Below, piece by piece: positions 50,001 to 64,000 of a stretch of 64,000 bases of DNA (the first letter of the stretch is position 1; every line of letters begins with the position of its first letter). The notes under the pieces are model-generated. The model was not told where the DNA came from, searched no databases, and was given only the letters and a program-made list of their open reading frames with translations. The position numbers were made by a program, and so were the translations under genes. The stretch comes from Balanoglossus misakiensis (lineage: Eukaryota > Animalia > Hemichordata), in contig CM082588.2 in assembly GCA_040954595.2 (NCBI GenBank), forward strand, positions 5,210,156-5,274,155, written 5' to 3'.

Positions 50001-53000
50001 CCCTATTGATATATACATAGGGTACTACATAGAGTGCCAGCGCGCGTGTATTGGGAGTTCTACTCGGTGACTTTGTCATGTGGTTCTCGGGTGTCTTTTT
50101 TGTACACACCACCCTGCACCCTGTAAAGGAATATCACAAACTAACAAGCTCCAATCAGTGCGGCAAATACCACATGGATGACGTGTGTATATCAGATGTT
50201 TTGCACACGGTCCCAAAAACTGACATGCCCGCTTATTGTTTCATGTCACCGCATGATGACGTCATTATTCTACTTCACAAGTAACGATTTCGACATACCT
50301 TACTTTGGAAAACGAATCGGGCCTGTGGCACATATGACCACAAGCAGACATGAATTGATTCTGACAGGAAGTTTGTAAAATCCAATTTAAACAAAAAAAT
50401 CCATCGCGGCGAGATTGTCATATTTTCTAAACTTGCTCATTTTTATCCGATTAAAATCGTGATTGAAATGGGCAGCACACGCGGAATAGTCACGAAATTC
50501 AATAAAATAGTTGCATTCTGATTGTCTGATAGCATATCCACCGATCGCATTTTGCTCGTCGCCATATCTAGATGGAATCAGACGATAGAAATTGTCAAAA
50601 AGCAGCAGCTGTATCAGGTGGTCGAAGAAAATGTGCCTCGCTTAATGCCTTATCAATAGTCGATGAAAAAAAACACTGCCTATATACGAAATCCACGTAT
50701 ACATAATCTCCATTATCCAACTCTGAAAGAACGTAGAACGTATCATTCGTGATGCAACTTTGTCCAATGCATTGTGTTAAACTAACATGCTGCTATCGGT
50801 ATTGGCTTATCTGTCTCATGCCAAATAAGATCCGAAGTGTGAATGAAAACCGCTGGCGTCACGATAAGTCATTGTACCTAGAGGCTATGCAGCAAAAACC
50901 GTCAATGTTTCCGCGAATGTGTTTTGTCCACATCAAATCTTGTATTTTTGTTACCACAAAAGTTACGCTGATAGATTCACTTCAACCACCATGGAAGTAA
51001 TGTAATGAATGATCAGCAATTGTTGCCTTGCCAACCATGTCATATACTCTTACAGAATTGACCACTGACAAGCAAACAATTTACAATTGTTGTATAAATC
51101 TTCTCAAAGGTTTTGGCCTGAATACTATACCGCCTTTCAACGTTGCCATCTGCTGTTGGTGGCTTACGCCTAAGCGCTATCAACCCCACTGGTACATGCA
51201 GGGTTACCATGGCAAAATCTTTCACCGTTTATCAGATTTGTCCCACGTGCACATTTCATATTTCTGAAAATCATACCACGTATTATCCGTGCTTCGAATG
51301 AAATGGAAAAATAGACAAGTTCCGCAATATTGGGGTGGCCACTAACACAGGATTTGCTGTACAAAACTGGCAAGAGCTCGTATAAGTATTTAACATAACT
51401 GCTTTACTATAAACAATTTTTCCCTGAAGAAATGTTGTGTAGTGTCGTGCCGTGTGAAGTTGTGTTGTGTTGTGCCGTTTGACGAGGCGTGGCGTGATGT
51501 TGTACCGCATCGCTGTCCTACTCAAACAACTCAGGCTTACGTTTCAATACAAACGTTCGCTGAATGAAAGACGTGCCCAATCTCCCCATATGGTATTGTA
51601 AAAGTTATTTTGAAATTCAAATTGAATTATAGTAAAAGCAATCACAAAAGCAGATGGAATCTGTAATAAACAATGTTTAAAGAGTAAAATATTACAAAGG
51701 AATACCAGGCATTAGAAATCATAACTAGATAATGATCGTTTTCTTACCAGTCACCAGACGGAATGTATCGAGGGGAAAAACTATTATAAAACTTACGGAA
51801 ACCACAATCTGGCATTTTCAGCCGTTGATTTAGTTTTATGTATTGTGAAAGAGAAGTAATCGGCTTGTAGTTTTGGTTGAAAAGCATTTACAGGCAGAGC
51901 AAAATCTTTGCAAAAAGTCGGGGAAAAACACGAGCGCGTTGACAAGACAGTTATTGATGTTATCACTGAATTATATCCTTGAATTATTTTCAAAACAAAG
52001 TAATGCGCGTAATTAATGTTCAGTTTATATGTTATCCACCTGACATTATTCTGTACTCAGCATACCGCAGTATCAAATCACAGATTCGGCAATTATCCAG
52101 GGAGAGCTCTTACAGAGCCAGGAACGTTGACTGCAGTCTATACGACGGGTTCATGAATAAGTAACGGACATATGTTGGGAGCATTTACCATCAACTGATT
52201 TCGGAAGGGTCGTTTTCAACAGGGGTCGGACTGGTGCATTTGAAATTGCATTATATGTGACAGTTTACTTTCAACTGCATGTACCTTCTGTTTCCATTAG
52301 TTACGTCAATCCTCAAAAGTAAACTTCATGCGCCATTAATTCACCATTTTCATTTCACTTCTACTGAGAAGATATTTGAATGTTTAATGAGCATCGGATC
52401 AACACTGATTGGACGAGAAAACTTCTCTAAGTTTTTTCTGCGCTTAGTTTTGTCAAAATGTATGCAAGCTACAAGCGAATGTTCGTCAGTTGAGCTTCGT
52501 ATATCTAAAACACGTTGAGATTTAATCCCGGGGATCGCAAAAATATCAGAAGGGAACCTTTTTTTAAATATACAACACATCGATGTTCTGCTGTACAGAA
52601 TAAAATTTCACCCAACAAGCCCACCACTAATCCAGAATAGTTTGTCGAGCTGATGCGATACAGAAATGTGACAGATGTCACATTAAGGCGAATACTGTTA
52701 TGTAATTGGTGTCAAGATGCCGCGAGATACACGCTGGGTCCGTGTTTTTCAGGCTCGTCATAATCTGCTGGAATCTCACGCATGCTAGGGGGTATTTATT
52801 GCGCGTGTGGAGCCCAGCAGTTAAAATTATCCAGTTAGTGGGGACGTGTATTGTAGGTAATCTGGTCTGAGCGTTGTTATAGCAATTAATCGTTATTGTA
52901 GGGGATAGAGTTCATTGCGTCACTGGGTACCTTTTCTTTTGCTGAAGCAATTTCTTGACCCGGAGAAATTGCATGTCAATTCGTAAAATATGAATTCTCA

Positions 53001-56000
53001 CATTATACTTGGATATCATGGGTATGGCAAACGTGGAGTTCATTCCGCTCAATTATGTGCGTGCCAAACATTGTATGTATGTTTAGATAGATTTAGATAC
53101 ATATTTCATTAAACCAGGGACATTAAACTGGAACATATCCCCCTTAAAAGAAATTAAGAGTACATTTAAAACAGTCAATAACTGAAGCTCACGTGACCAC
53201 TGCTGGTCCCAGTGTCCCTTGAAATCATTTTCAGCTATACGTACACAGAAATTTAAATAACAACATCTTATCGTGTTGCGTCACGACTACAAATCACATG
53301 CGCAATATACATTTCTGATCCAACGGAAATTGTTTATAATATATGTATGATGAATGCTCGGTAGTCATAGAAACCTGGCATCCTTATCTTAAGAATATCA
53401 ATTTCCCAGGAGAATTAAGAGATAATATCGCTTGTTATTTCCATTCCGGATGTATCATTTCTATCCACGGAATCAGTATCTGGGCATTTTCTTTATTCAT
53501 GGACTCGACATTAAGAATTGAACATTGAGTACATGTATACGTGTCTGGAAAACGTTGTAAATCGACAATGATGAATACACTTGTTTGTCTGTGCTGTGAA
53601 TATTTTTCACTTCAAAATCGGTGTTGTTTTATCAATATAGCGAAATCTATGAAGATTTTGCGCACCCCCCCCCCACATGATTGTTCAGAAATTTGTTTCT
53701 TCAGTATGTATGGAATTTACCTAAAACGGTGGATTAGGGCATCCCAAGTACTGCCTATGAGATTTGTCATATGAAATAATTACCATAAAACTCGCGCAAA
53801 ATCATAGCTTCTATAGTGTGAGGTTCTATAACTGCTGGTCGTGTTTTTCTAGATGTCGTTGGAATTTGTTTCCCCTGCTCGACCTTAATCATCTGTTCTG
53901 CCGAACATACTTTCCTCTTTCACTGCAACATACCGCGGAGTGACGCACAAACACATTCCGCCGTGCACCCTTGGTTTTACTAGTTCGGGGACCAACTTTA
54001 TTGCAATAATCGCAGCGAGCTATCGCACTGTTTCTTGCACTCTGTCGTCGTTCAGTATCCCTCTTTATATTAATCATGACCATTTCGGCATGTCTATAAT
54101 ATCGTTTTCTGGAGAAAAAAAATACTATAATGATTCACTTTATTTACTTTCCATATGTTTAAAGACCAACGTTTAATATCGTTGTCGAACGGTGTGGTGT
54201 CAACATGACATATTTATGCGACTGGTCTCATGTACATGTAAGATACATGTATGTATGAAAATGATTTTACATCATGTATTCAGCTTATCATATTTTACTC
54301 GTTGCTGATCTAACTGTCTCAGCTCAGACAGAAATTTGCATCAGATAGATGTAATCGCCACCCTACCTTTCCATAAATAAGACTAAATGTATGTTAGCTT
54401 TATCCAATTATCAAGAACACGCGCCAGATCGACAACTCGCACAATTGTATATGCTTTTGGTATTCTGTCGTAAAATCTGTAGAGTTCGCTTGTAGTACAT
54501 CGGCCCGGTGACGTGTGAATGCCATCGACGTGGCAGAAGCGTTAATTAGATCAGGAGCTGCCTGCAGTTCACTTAAAAATCTCTTTCTGCAGTATATTGT
54601 ATTGTCAGGATTTGTCAGCAAAAATGGAATTCATGACGCGACTAGTAACTACATGCTGAATGGCCGCGTCAAACACGTTTATGCTCAACGTCAGCGAATA
54701 TACAGCAGCTTTTGTTGTGCCTATATTTATTTATGCGCAATCGCCTGGATACACTGTTGTTATAGAAATTGGATCAAAAAGTCGGAGTGCTTCGGTATAT
54801 ATGCTTCGCTTCCTATGCAGTAACAACTGTGTTGGGATAAAATAATTTGTCAGGCTTCAATATTCACGAGTCTTTCGTGCAGACTAGAGGCAGATATTTC
54901 GGGCCCTTAAATGAACGACTTAAAAATGTTTTATGACACATGGAGTGTTAGTTTTAAGCCCCGGAGTAAGGGTAAGGTGGGGTGGGGCGTTAACATTGAA
55001 CCTCAGATTTTATGAGTAAACGGTGAAGAGGTTCGTTCGTGATTCAAAAATGACGATGACCATTACACGAAGACATCAGAAATGAATTTATTTTGCGTTA
55101 GAAATTGTCCATGTGTAAATGAGCATAATGTTGCCCCTCTTTGAGTAAGCCATCTCCGCAATTATTTCTAATTTGCATACGCGGCAACGCAGATTCTTGC
55201 CCTTGTATATCTAGGTAGGTCACACGTGTAACTCCATAAAAGCATATAACGACCCCACTTCACATTGATTCGCGTAACGACCCACTTGACGTTAACTTAC
55301 TTACTCCTGACCTTCAAACCAAGTTCAAGAACGCGAACGAATTCCGAGAACCGCGGGGGCAACTTGCAAGTTTCTAGATCAAGGCTGTGACCTCGCACTA
55401 ATTCATCGCCAGTTTTCTTTCCTCATTTGGACTAATCGTGCACGGTTAGTGCGGAATTTGCTGAATTACGGCGATGCGTATGCGAGACCCCTGTTCCAAA
55501 TGATCACACAAATTTTCATATCATCTTGTCAGCCGTCGTTTCTTATAACGTTGGAACACACAGCCGTACGCCCGAGGGCAAGGCATTATAATATACACCT
55601 ATAATAGATCATTATTGAACCAAATTCCCATCTGTCATTTACGACTTGTGATTTATGAAATTGGACTATTCTTTTGATCGCTCTGAATTATGACTTTGCT
55701 TTACATCATCGAACACTGTATATAACATCACATAGTATTTTTTGGATAGAGCACCCATTCTCAGTTGCAACGATTCTCGTGAATTGGCTTAATTGTGCTA
55801 GATGTCTATTTTTCTGTCTTTATAAAAATAACTGTGCGAACAGAGACAAAGTCAATATCTCCACACAGCTTAATATTAGCGTGAGAAGTAATTCATATTA
55901 TTCCGTTTACTCAAAATATACCGAGTTGTCGATATTTAAAACTAGAGTCACCCCCTTGAACTATGAACACAGGTGTGTGGTGAATGAAACTGCAAAATAA

Positions 56001-59000
56001 AATCGAGACTGACGGATTAGCCATTACCGTATAGAAGACATAAAACGACGTGAAAATACCGCAATTATTGTGACGCACGTCCAATCGTGGTTAGCGATCG
56101 ACGTTGTAGAAAATGTCTTTCCAACAGAATGATCTTCAGTTAAACGGTAGTCTTGAAAACATACATACAAGTCCACATGACAGACAAGGTTCTTTCCGAA
56201 TTATATGGCTGCCTCTTGTTCAGGTATGCTGTCGTTCAGCGATACGGCAATTTCTGCAGTATGACAAGGCTTCTGTTAACCATGGTAACTGATTAGAATC
56301 CCCGTGCGAGTATCATGCATTACACGTCGTGTAAACGACTTTCCATATTGGCCTTAACCACCATCAAAAGGTATTTCCAAAACGCAATGATCCGCTTTCC
56401 ACGCCAGTCATGAAGGAAACGATTCAGTCATAAAAGATAATACAGAGTGCTGTGATAAAATCATGTTCTGACTTCCAGAATGCAGCATGCCAGTATATGT
56501 ACGTTTGGAAGACATACTTCGCGAGCAGTCAGTACATGCATGCACCCATTAGTGGATTGTATGGGCCAGCGAAGCGTGCAAAAAAGATGTAGTTCTTGTC
56601 ATAGAAGATATGTTGTTAGAAGTCGATGGACATTTTGTGTTTGACCGTGTAAATGTTCATCGTAGTACACTATAATCTGGTATCTTTACCAGGGCCCCGA
56701 TACAGCGAAAACTGCCACGACAATTTAAGGATAGCCAAATGGTGTGAAATGACAATGAACATATATTTCCTCGACACTGTAGCCTACATTTTCTGTTTAT
56801 TTTTGTCATATAGTTTAAGAGACAGGGATTACTACATTTTCTCCTAATAGAACGCGTGCAATCAATCCAACCTCACCCAAAATCATCGCCGTTCATCTCC
56901 AGTGGGAAACCTTTAAAAACATCAATTTATAATTTGTCAAAGAATGGAGCCAAATGAAGCTGGCATTTTCTCCCAAATTTTCTCTCGATGTCTATAAGGA
57001 CTTCCATATCCATTGTATGGTTTATATCATGCTCTAACTCCTCATTAATTCTAATTGAGTCAATTTTTCACCGGCTTATCATTATACTGGATGGATATGA
57101 TATCGATGTCGTTAGTTGAGACCGACAGGAAGAACAGACCAGACGCGCATCGTCGGTATTGTAAGATACATTTACGCGGATTGTATTTCATTTCGCTGGA
57201 TACGCTTGCATGTAATTACCAGAAGATAATTCGGCGGCCATCGCTCGCGTTTGATTCGCTTCGCCCTCCGTCGACAAAGTAAAAATTAAATTGACTCAAT
57301 CACCAGGGTTAGTACATAACTGCTTCGGTCACGTCGACTCCGCGGGCGATCATCACGAGAAAAGCAGACACGCGATCCGCTGATAACATTTATGGGTCAT
57401 ACGTTGATTAAAATTCGATTTCTTGGTCTCCACCAGATTGGTATCAGCGAGTTATAATTTGGAGACACGCCTGGTTATACAACACTATCCCAGTGATGTA
57501 CACTTTTGTTCGTATTAGCTTGCAAGTCACACGGCTTAACAGAATCATAGGTATAACCTTGTCGTTGCAGAATTTCTGCTGACGTTTAAAATATCTGGAC
57601 CCTCGTTCTATTGAATTCTATAGAAATGTCAAAATCTATAGAATGCTCTATACAATACTTGCGTGAGGATGGAACTGGGGCAATAACTACAGATGGTGTT
57701 GGAAGGTTTCGAGTGTGAAAGCGGAATTCGTGCAAAGAATACACGCCTCTGACTATCATTGAATGATACAGCTCCCATCATTCACATGGTACGGTTGAAT
57801 CTCCACATGCAACAACAGTGAAATTATCAACAGCTTGGTTTGTGAAGATAGCCTGTAATTTTTCAACTGTTCCATCATCAATGACAGAATCACACCCGTG
57901 GGCGGTGAAATTCATGCGCGTAATGTCCAGGCTTTAAATCGCGTACAAAACCAAACAGGTCTACTGCAACAAGCAGCATTTCACTCAGGCAACCTGTACT
58001 GTCACGCTGGTATTCAAATATGTTGACGACGAGTAGCAGTGATTATTTCGTGAAACGAAAGAATGCGGTGTTTTGCCCCAACTACATTCGAAGCATATCG
58101 GTATTCGATTAGAGAGGCTTCGGCGCGTGTCGGGTGTTCGGGCTGACCCCGAACATATGTCGAGTTAGACACATCAGGTCGTCAGCGCTGGCGCTGGTCT
58201 GCCCCATAGCGGCCATCGAAGTTGAAATTTATGCCTTTCGCTCAGAGGCTTCCAATAAATCCATAATTATCTACGTTTAGGCAGAAAATGCCACTTTTTG
58301 ATGCATGATTGTGAATAACGTCGCTCAAATGTTCAAATTTCACCGAGCAGTCGGCAGAGACACGGACATGTTGGCGTAATTTTGGTTATTTTATTTCCGT
58401 ATAACATATTATTGATGTTTTTTCTGTTCCCTAAAACACACATAATGACCTCGGTTGTCATGGCTCAGGTATTGTGTCCTGTACATGGGCATAAAAACGA
58501 GCACTTTAAATTTAGGCCAGCAGCAAAAATTGTATCGTAGTAGTATGTAGTCATTTGTCATAACCCATATATGGAATCCGAGTTGGGTTGCAACAGCCCG
58601 TGGTTATTCGCGCTATTTTAGTGAGTAGAAAAAAAATGGATAATCCCCCAAAAGAAACTAAGAATAATGACCAAAATAATGTCAAAAGTGGTCGACTTTG
58701 TCCCTTGATGAACTTAAAAGCGTTCCTGTGTGCCGGGAACCGTTTACAATCACGGACAAAAGCGGAGCGGTACAACACCGCCGGTCGTGACTTTTGAAAC
58801 TCGAATGTAGGTTTCAACACGGGAGGAATTATCAACATCTGTTGCAACGTTAAATGCAGGGCTAACAGTACAATGTGTGTTTGAAGAGCAGGTCGTGTGA
58901 CTGACATGCTGGATCTAATCTCGGTTCATAAACATATATTTGGACTGCATTGGAAATTCACGACCACATAGGATAACAATGTATTCCAGTACATTTCTCA

Positions 59001-60015
59001 TGTACCTGTTTCTCATTTGTTTAACGGAGGATGAGTAGCGTCTATACACCAGTGCAAAATAACATTCAAAAACCTAATAATAACACAAAATCACTTGTAT
59101 TCCGACTATGAGTAAACATGTGGCTACCAGTCTACTAGTTTCAGCAGGAAATCTTAAGGATTGCTTCAGTATATTTTATGGATAACGTGGGGGAACTGTG
59201 GGATATATATTGCGATACGATTTTCCTGTACCATGTACGCTGCGTCGAATAACTTTGATATAACACGCGTGATATGGACCAGTACTCATATGCCTAAGTA
59301 AGCAATTACAAAAATAGCACTTTAATTAAACCACTTATTTTTGGTAAAATACTCCCTAGGTTCTATTTAAAAAGCAAGAACAAAAGTTGGAAACGGGATT
59401 CGATGTTTAAAAGAATCTCAAATTACCAAAGTTGACGTTCAAAATTACTTGGCAGCCATTTTGATTTCATTGACCTCAAGTTAAAATATATCCCTCCAGA
59501 AATGAATCTATTTTTGTTATTACTATTTTTGTTCGAAGTGATAAATTCACACAAGCTTTATTGTGACGAAAAATTAGTCCTGTTCGGGATTTTTTTCGCC
59601 ATGTCCCGGGGGTGATTAGACTGTGACATATTTATCAATAAAACCTAGAAATAGCTTGTTTGTAGCATATGTTCACAATAAAAGTCTCTCACGGCAAATA
59701 ACTCTTAAATTGTAAATTTAGGTATAAGCACATTTCCATGTTGAGAGACAAATCCGAGATAATCACGAACGTGGTGATGAACAATAAGTGTATTAACATC
59801 AAACGTGTTGATTTGACGGAATTGAGAATGAAAGGCAAGATTTCAGGTTTTGATAAAAGCATTTTCAAAGTACCACAGATTTGATAATCGCGTTATGTGA
59901 AGGGGTTTGAAAACGAAGGACTGAGAAACAAAGTACATGTATGTGTTAGTGATACAAAATGCATGTGTTACTGTGTTCATATGTGTCTGAAAATATATGT
60001 CAAAATTTAAATTAC

Positions 60016-60169
60016 CTGTAGTGGATGAAAGAATTTGTAACGTCACAAAGATTGAAATCCACGTGGTCGGCCGCAGAAGGAACAGCCAAGCGGTTGCAGT
60101 TTGTCTCATATCTGGTGCAAATCTTGACGAATAGACGGTCTGGGGTCGGAATCGCCAGCGCCGAGTCAT
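60016..60169 (-). CDS. CHRNA9/10-like: Gene C exon 1 (leader/signal peptide MTRRWRFRPQ...TWISIFVTLQILSSTT-G)
   Basis: Ends ACAG|gtaatt in phase 1. Homologous to gene B exon 1. Confidence 0.82.
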
Positions 60170-60528
60170 GTTCGTGTTATCCTCTTCGCGATAATATAAT
60201 AATGTTGGTGATAAAAAAACGTCACGCACAAAGCGGCCAAGTTGAACGCAGTGTATATAGACGATGTTGCCTGATTCACACTACCTTGCGCTGGGAGATA
60301 ATTGGTCTGCGTTACTGGGACGCGCGTCCGCAAACGGCATTATTGTGGAGAACGAAAGTAGTTGAACGTCGACGGATGGAGATCCGGCTGGCAACGATGA
60401 TTCACCCACGCTGACAGGAGGCAACCCTGTTGTGTTCAGAACTTCGTGATTGAAAGAACTGGCACCTACGCAATCATTGTCTGAACTACAGGGATAACGA
60501 CGCGGCTATGTCTATTAGTGTGCAAAGG

Positions 60529-60561
60529 GCTATTAATACCGCGATTTCCAATTTTGACGTC
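60529..60561 (-). promoter_or_regulatory. Putative core promoter of gene C (CRE-like + CCAAT/ATTGG + TATTAATA)
   Basis: 30/33 identical to 28410-28442, 360 nt upstream of the ATG. Confidence 0.65.
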
Positions 60562-62528
60562 GATTATCGATGCCAGAACTCGGAGTCTAATGAATGTACG
60601 AATTGCCCAGACACATCGTGCCTCTTGAGCTAAGCCTTTTTCTTGCGGACTCCACGATAAGAGATCGTCAGTGGCTGGCTATACCAGCGATGATGAGGAC
60701 ATACCTCTGAAGAAATGGCAACAGCGCACTCGCTGCTCAAACGCGATAAGCAGGAAATGAAAACATGCCCAGGCCGTGCTGCCTCAAACGTTCACTAATG
60801 GAAAGGCGGGGAGATACATCATAGCCGTCGCGTGTGATATGTGGGTGCGCTAACACTTGCCTCAGTCGCCTGTCTAGTCTAGTGTGCCAATGGAGTAGAT
60901 ATAGTCTTGTAATTGTCCACGTCCACGAGACCTTCACCGACAGCTTTGGTCTACTAATGCGGAGTGAAAGCCTTTCCCAAGTCCCTTGCTCTCTACCGAA
61001 ACCTCAAAACTGACGGTAACCCATACGCGTGACGCTCGTAGTGTGTCCAAAGGTCTTATTTCGGAAAAGCACTGTCGGAATCAATAATTCTAAATAACGT
61101 ACTGTATGCTCAGGAAAACCAGTTGACGTAAAACGTCTACAACTTATAGGAGAATATTTTCTTCATGCGATAGACTGAATCCATCATATTCGGCGCCACC
61201 TGCGTGTTTCGTCTCCCCTTTCCAGAAATAATCGACGTCTCCCCAAACGGTTTTTTCCAGCGTATATGTGGATAATATGAGTTCCCGTGCAGTTGCCCGT
61301 GGCGGATTGAGTTCAAACCGACGTTCCCTGGTCGGCGATGCTCATCTCTCGCGGGAAATGTCTCTCAACACGTGCAGAAGCCGTTCACTCCGGTGTACAC
61401 GGACTATAACACGGTCAGTCGAGTGCTTCGCCAGTCTGTCCTCGCACCCGGACGTTCCAGAAACGCTCGCTCGTTACAATCCAACGCCGCGTCGATCACA
61501 CACTCAATGCGATCCTGTCTAACCCCTGTGCGTCACGACACAGAACTGACGCGCATAGACAGACACGGTTTCGGAAATCAATTCATATAGCCCAGCCGGC
61601 AGTTGAAACGCAAATACTCGCCTTCGATGTGTTTTTTTTACATACAAAGGACGTCGTACATGCAATGTACTTCAGAGGAAATCTATCACGCGAGAATCCC
61701 TCCCGTCATGCGCGAGAGTACCACAGCTGAACTGCCCCAGATATGAATAAATTAAATTCATAAAAAGGCGAGAGTGTAAAGCAATAGATTTTGATTTGTA
61801 GATGCAGCGAAGCAAACGAGAAAATAATAAAGACAATGAGACAGAGTCACGCAGCAAAATGAAATACCAAAGACGTTTCGCGTGTGAAACGTGACATCAC
61901 TAGATATATGAAATATACATTAAACATCGTGTACATTTCAGTGCGATAATAATTGATCGCTCCTAACAACACGCTATACTATTGATTATACTTCAGAACC
62001 AAACCTTGACTATTATCTATGAAAATTTCATCGCTTGCAAATTGCATTAGTTATACATCGGTGTTTTGAAGCAGGAAATTGTTCTATAGATATTTTATTG
62101 TGAAACTTTCTGGAGGTTTGTCGATCAATTCTGATTGGGGATAACAATTCTGATGTCGGTGTGATCTTTGAACACCAGGCCATCTTCTAGGATCGGGCCA
62201 CCAGAGTCAAAAAGTGGAACAGCCCAAGGGATGCAGTGACCTATATAAAGACATCCCGCACTTATGGTACATGTCTGTTTGTTTTTAAAAGGTTCCCGCA
62301 GTTGGACGTACATGCACCTAAAAGCTGTACAGTTCGCCTTGGGACAGCTAACTCGCGATTAATATTTTATCTTGCATGACGCTCGGTTGATTTGATAAAC
62401 ATATACAACACGCGGTTTCTTCTAACGATATCCCTCCGAGGCATTCATTTTGCCTGCGTCAAATCAGAACCGACAGGTGAAATACACGGTCAAGTGATTC
62501 TTGTGGACCGTATCTGATTGGTTGCCAC

Positions 62529-62593
62529 TAATGTAATGTAATGTAATGTAATGTAATGTAATGTAATGTAATGTAATGTAATGTAATGTAATG
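62529..62593. repeat. (TAATG)n pentanucleotide microsatellite, decaying into related pentamers to about 62645
   Basis: About 13 perfect units visible. Confidence 0.95.
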
Positions 62594-63148
62594 TTATACA
62601 GTACAGTGTAATACAATGCAATTCAATTCAATGCTATGCTATGCAAGGTAAATTATTTAATTGTAAACAATGTTTATACAGAATTTATTCTGCCTTGTTT
62701 TTTTCCCTTGTATTGAGCTATAAATTGTATAGAATCTAAATACAGGCAACATGAATCATACATGTCTCGTATGTCCCCAACATGACCAGATTTTAATCCT
62801 ACGACACACCGTATGAACTGGCAGAGAAAATGTACTATTAAGACTAAGATACTCCTTGGAATTGATGTTTGATTGATTGATTGATGTACTAGTATAACTA
62901 AAGCTAACTATGAAATGTATAGGAAACCTATACGAAAAGTGACCTCATTTATGCCTTTGCCTTCAGCTGTTACACAGTGGAGTGACTATGTTAAGTAGAA
63001 TATGCCAGTTTACTGGGTTTTATAGTTTTTAGAACACGTGCCTGTTTCGAAATGCTCACAGGTCAGACACGCCTGTCACATAAATGCATTAAAGACTCCC
63101 AATGCGGATTTTGCTGCGTTTTAAAAGCTTGGTACGTCTGTGCATGGT

Positions 63149-63343
63149 TTTGAGGTCACTAAAATGGACGCTCATTAACTTTTCCCAAAATGTTCGATTT
63201 TAACACAGAGTACATGGAGTCAGTGTCTACGTGACGTTAAACTGTTACTAACTGTAAAAAGCAAGCGTAGCTATTTTTAAAGAGTCTGTATGTATATTTT
63301 CAGGTCGCTAAAAATGATTCTCATTAACTTTTCCCCAAAATAG
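63149..63343. repeat. Degenerate tandem repeat, about 150-bp period
   Basis: aggtc.ctaaaa..ga..ctcattaacttttccc(c)aaaat occurs at about 63153-63191 and about 63302-63341. Confidence 0.65.
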
Positions 63344-64000
63344 CAATTTACAAGTTGAACCCAGGGTGAAATGTATGTACGGTACGTAAATAACGTCATC
63401 ATTTTGCGTTCGGACGTGTAATTTTAGGTGTGCAATCACAAACCATTACCCCCGCATTATATGATAAATGTCACATCAAATGGTTGATAGCGCCAGCTGA
63501 TAGAGTCAAAGCGCAGAACATCGGCCATTAAGAAATGACGAATTGCCAACCCTGCCCCGCAAAGACGTAGAGATGTAAATATCAGTTTGGCGTTATATCA
63601 CACGCTTGTTGTCTGATAAAGTTATGATGGATGAGGGAATATCCACCGGTTGTGGACAGGGTTATTCTCAAGAGCATCCCAAGCGCGACACGTAAAGAAG
63701 TTATTAAACCGAGGAAATTTTTAAACTCTCGTTTTCGAGTAAAGTGACTACACTGAAAGAGACGTTAATTACTGAGATTGTCGAAAATGTATGGTTTTTA
63801 AGGGATTCCACGTGGTCTTTGATTAGAATTTGGGATTTGAACAAAAGGTGCAGGTAATATGCTTGGAGCCACATTAAACGTCCATATAACACAACCTCGT
63901 GCGACGCTACATGGTAGACATTATTGATCGCACGTTGCTCAATTCACTGCCATGTGGTTATTTCTGTTTAATAGTTGAATATCTGTAATGAAATCGTTTA

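Larger units (their letters stand above)
32764..60169 (-). other. CHRNA9/10-like: Gene C: alpha9/alpha10-like nAChR, paralogue of gene B, shared exons 1-4 and two alternative 3' modules (isoform a 534 aa, isoform b 539 aa)
   Basis: Exons at 60016-60169, 43881-44017, 41686-41730 and 41279-41388. They are followed by 37410-37960 + 36512-37119 (module a) or 33655-34205 + 32764-33386 (module b). All junctions are GT-AG and in phase. Intron 1 is about 16 kb. Confidence 0.9.

Noticed and set aside
44018-60015. Nested gene or autonomous transposon in the 16-kb intron 1 of gene C
   Set aside because: There is no ORF over about 120 aa and no recognisable RT, integrase or transposase motifs. Small exons of an unrelated gene cannot be excluded by eye.
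1-64000. CRISPR arrays, operons, rRNA/tRNA genes or other prokaryotic systems
   Set aside because: The sequence is spliceosomal-intron-containing animal DNA. No repeat-spacer array or structured RNA gene was seen.

Overview
This is AT-rich, intron-containing invertebrate (metazoan) genomic DNA. It holds a cluster of three nicotinic acetylcholine receptor (Cys-loop) alpha-subunit genes of the alpha9/alpha10 type. Gene A (+ strand, exons 2-6 at 7973-13297, first exon uncertain) has a conventional structure and lies tail-to-tail with gene B (- strand, 28072-15600). Gene C (- strand, 60169-32764) is a tandem paralogue of B. The main observation is that B and C each have ONE set of 5' exons (exons 1-4) followed by TWO complete tandem 3' modules (exon 5a+6a, then exon 5b+6b). 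All modules have intact frames, identical 551-nt exon 5 lengths and matching splice phases. This implies that each gene makes alternative subunits with a shared N-terminus but different Cys-loop, ligand-binding loops B/C/E/F, pore and cytoplasmic domain. The layout resembles nematode unc-49/avr-14, but here it occurs in nAChRs, and it predates the B/C duplication. All five pore modules replace the cation-channel 'GEK' motif with a one-residue-longer, uncharged 'GVVK'. The a and b modules differ at pore positions 2' and 20'. Conserved non-coding blocks include a core promoter and a block between the proximal poly(A) signal and the distal acceptor. Microsatellites and small repeats are also present. 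All exon boundaries were read by eye. No transcript evidence is available, and no prokaryotic features, RNA genes or intact transposons were found.
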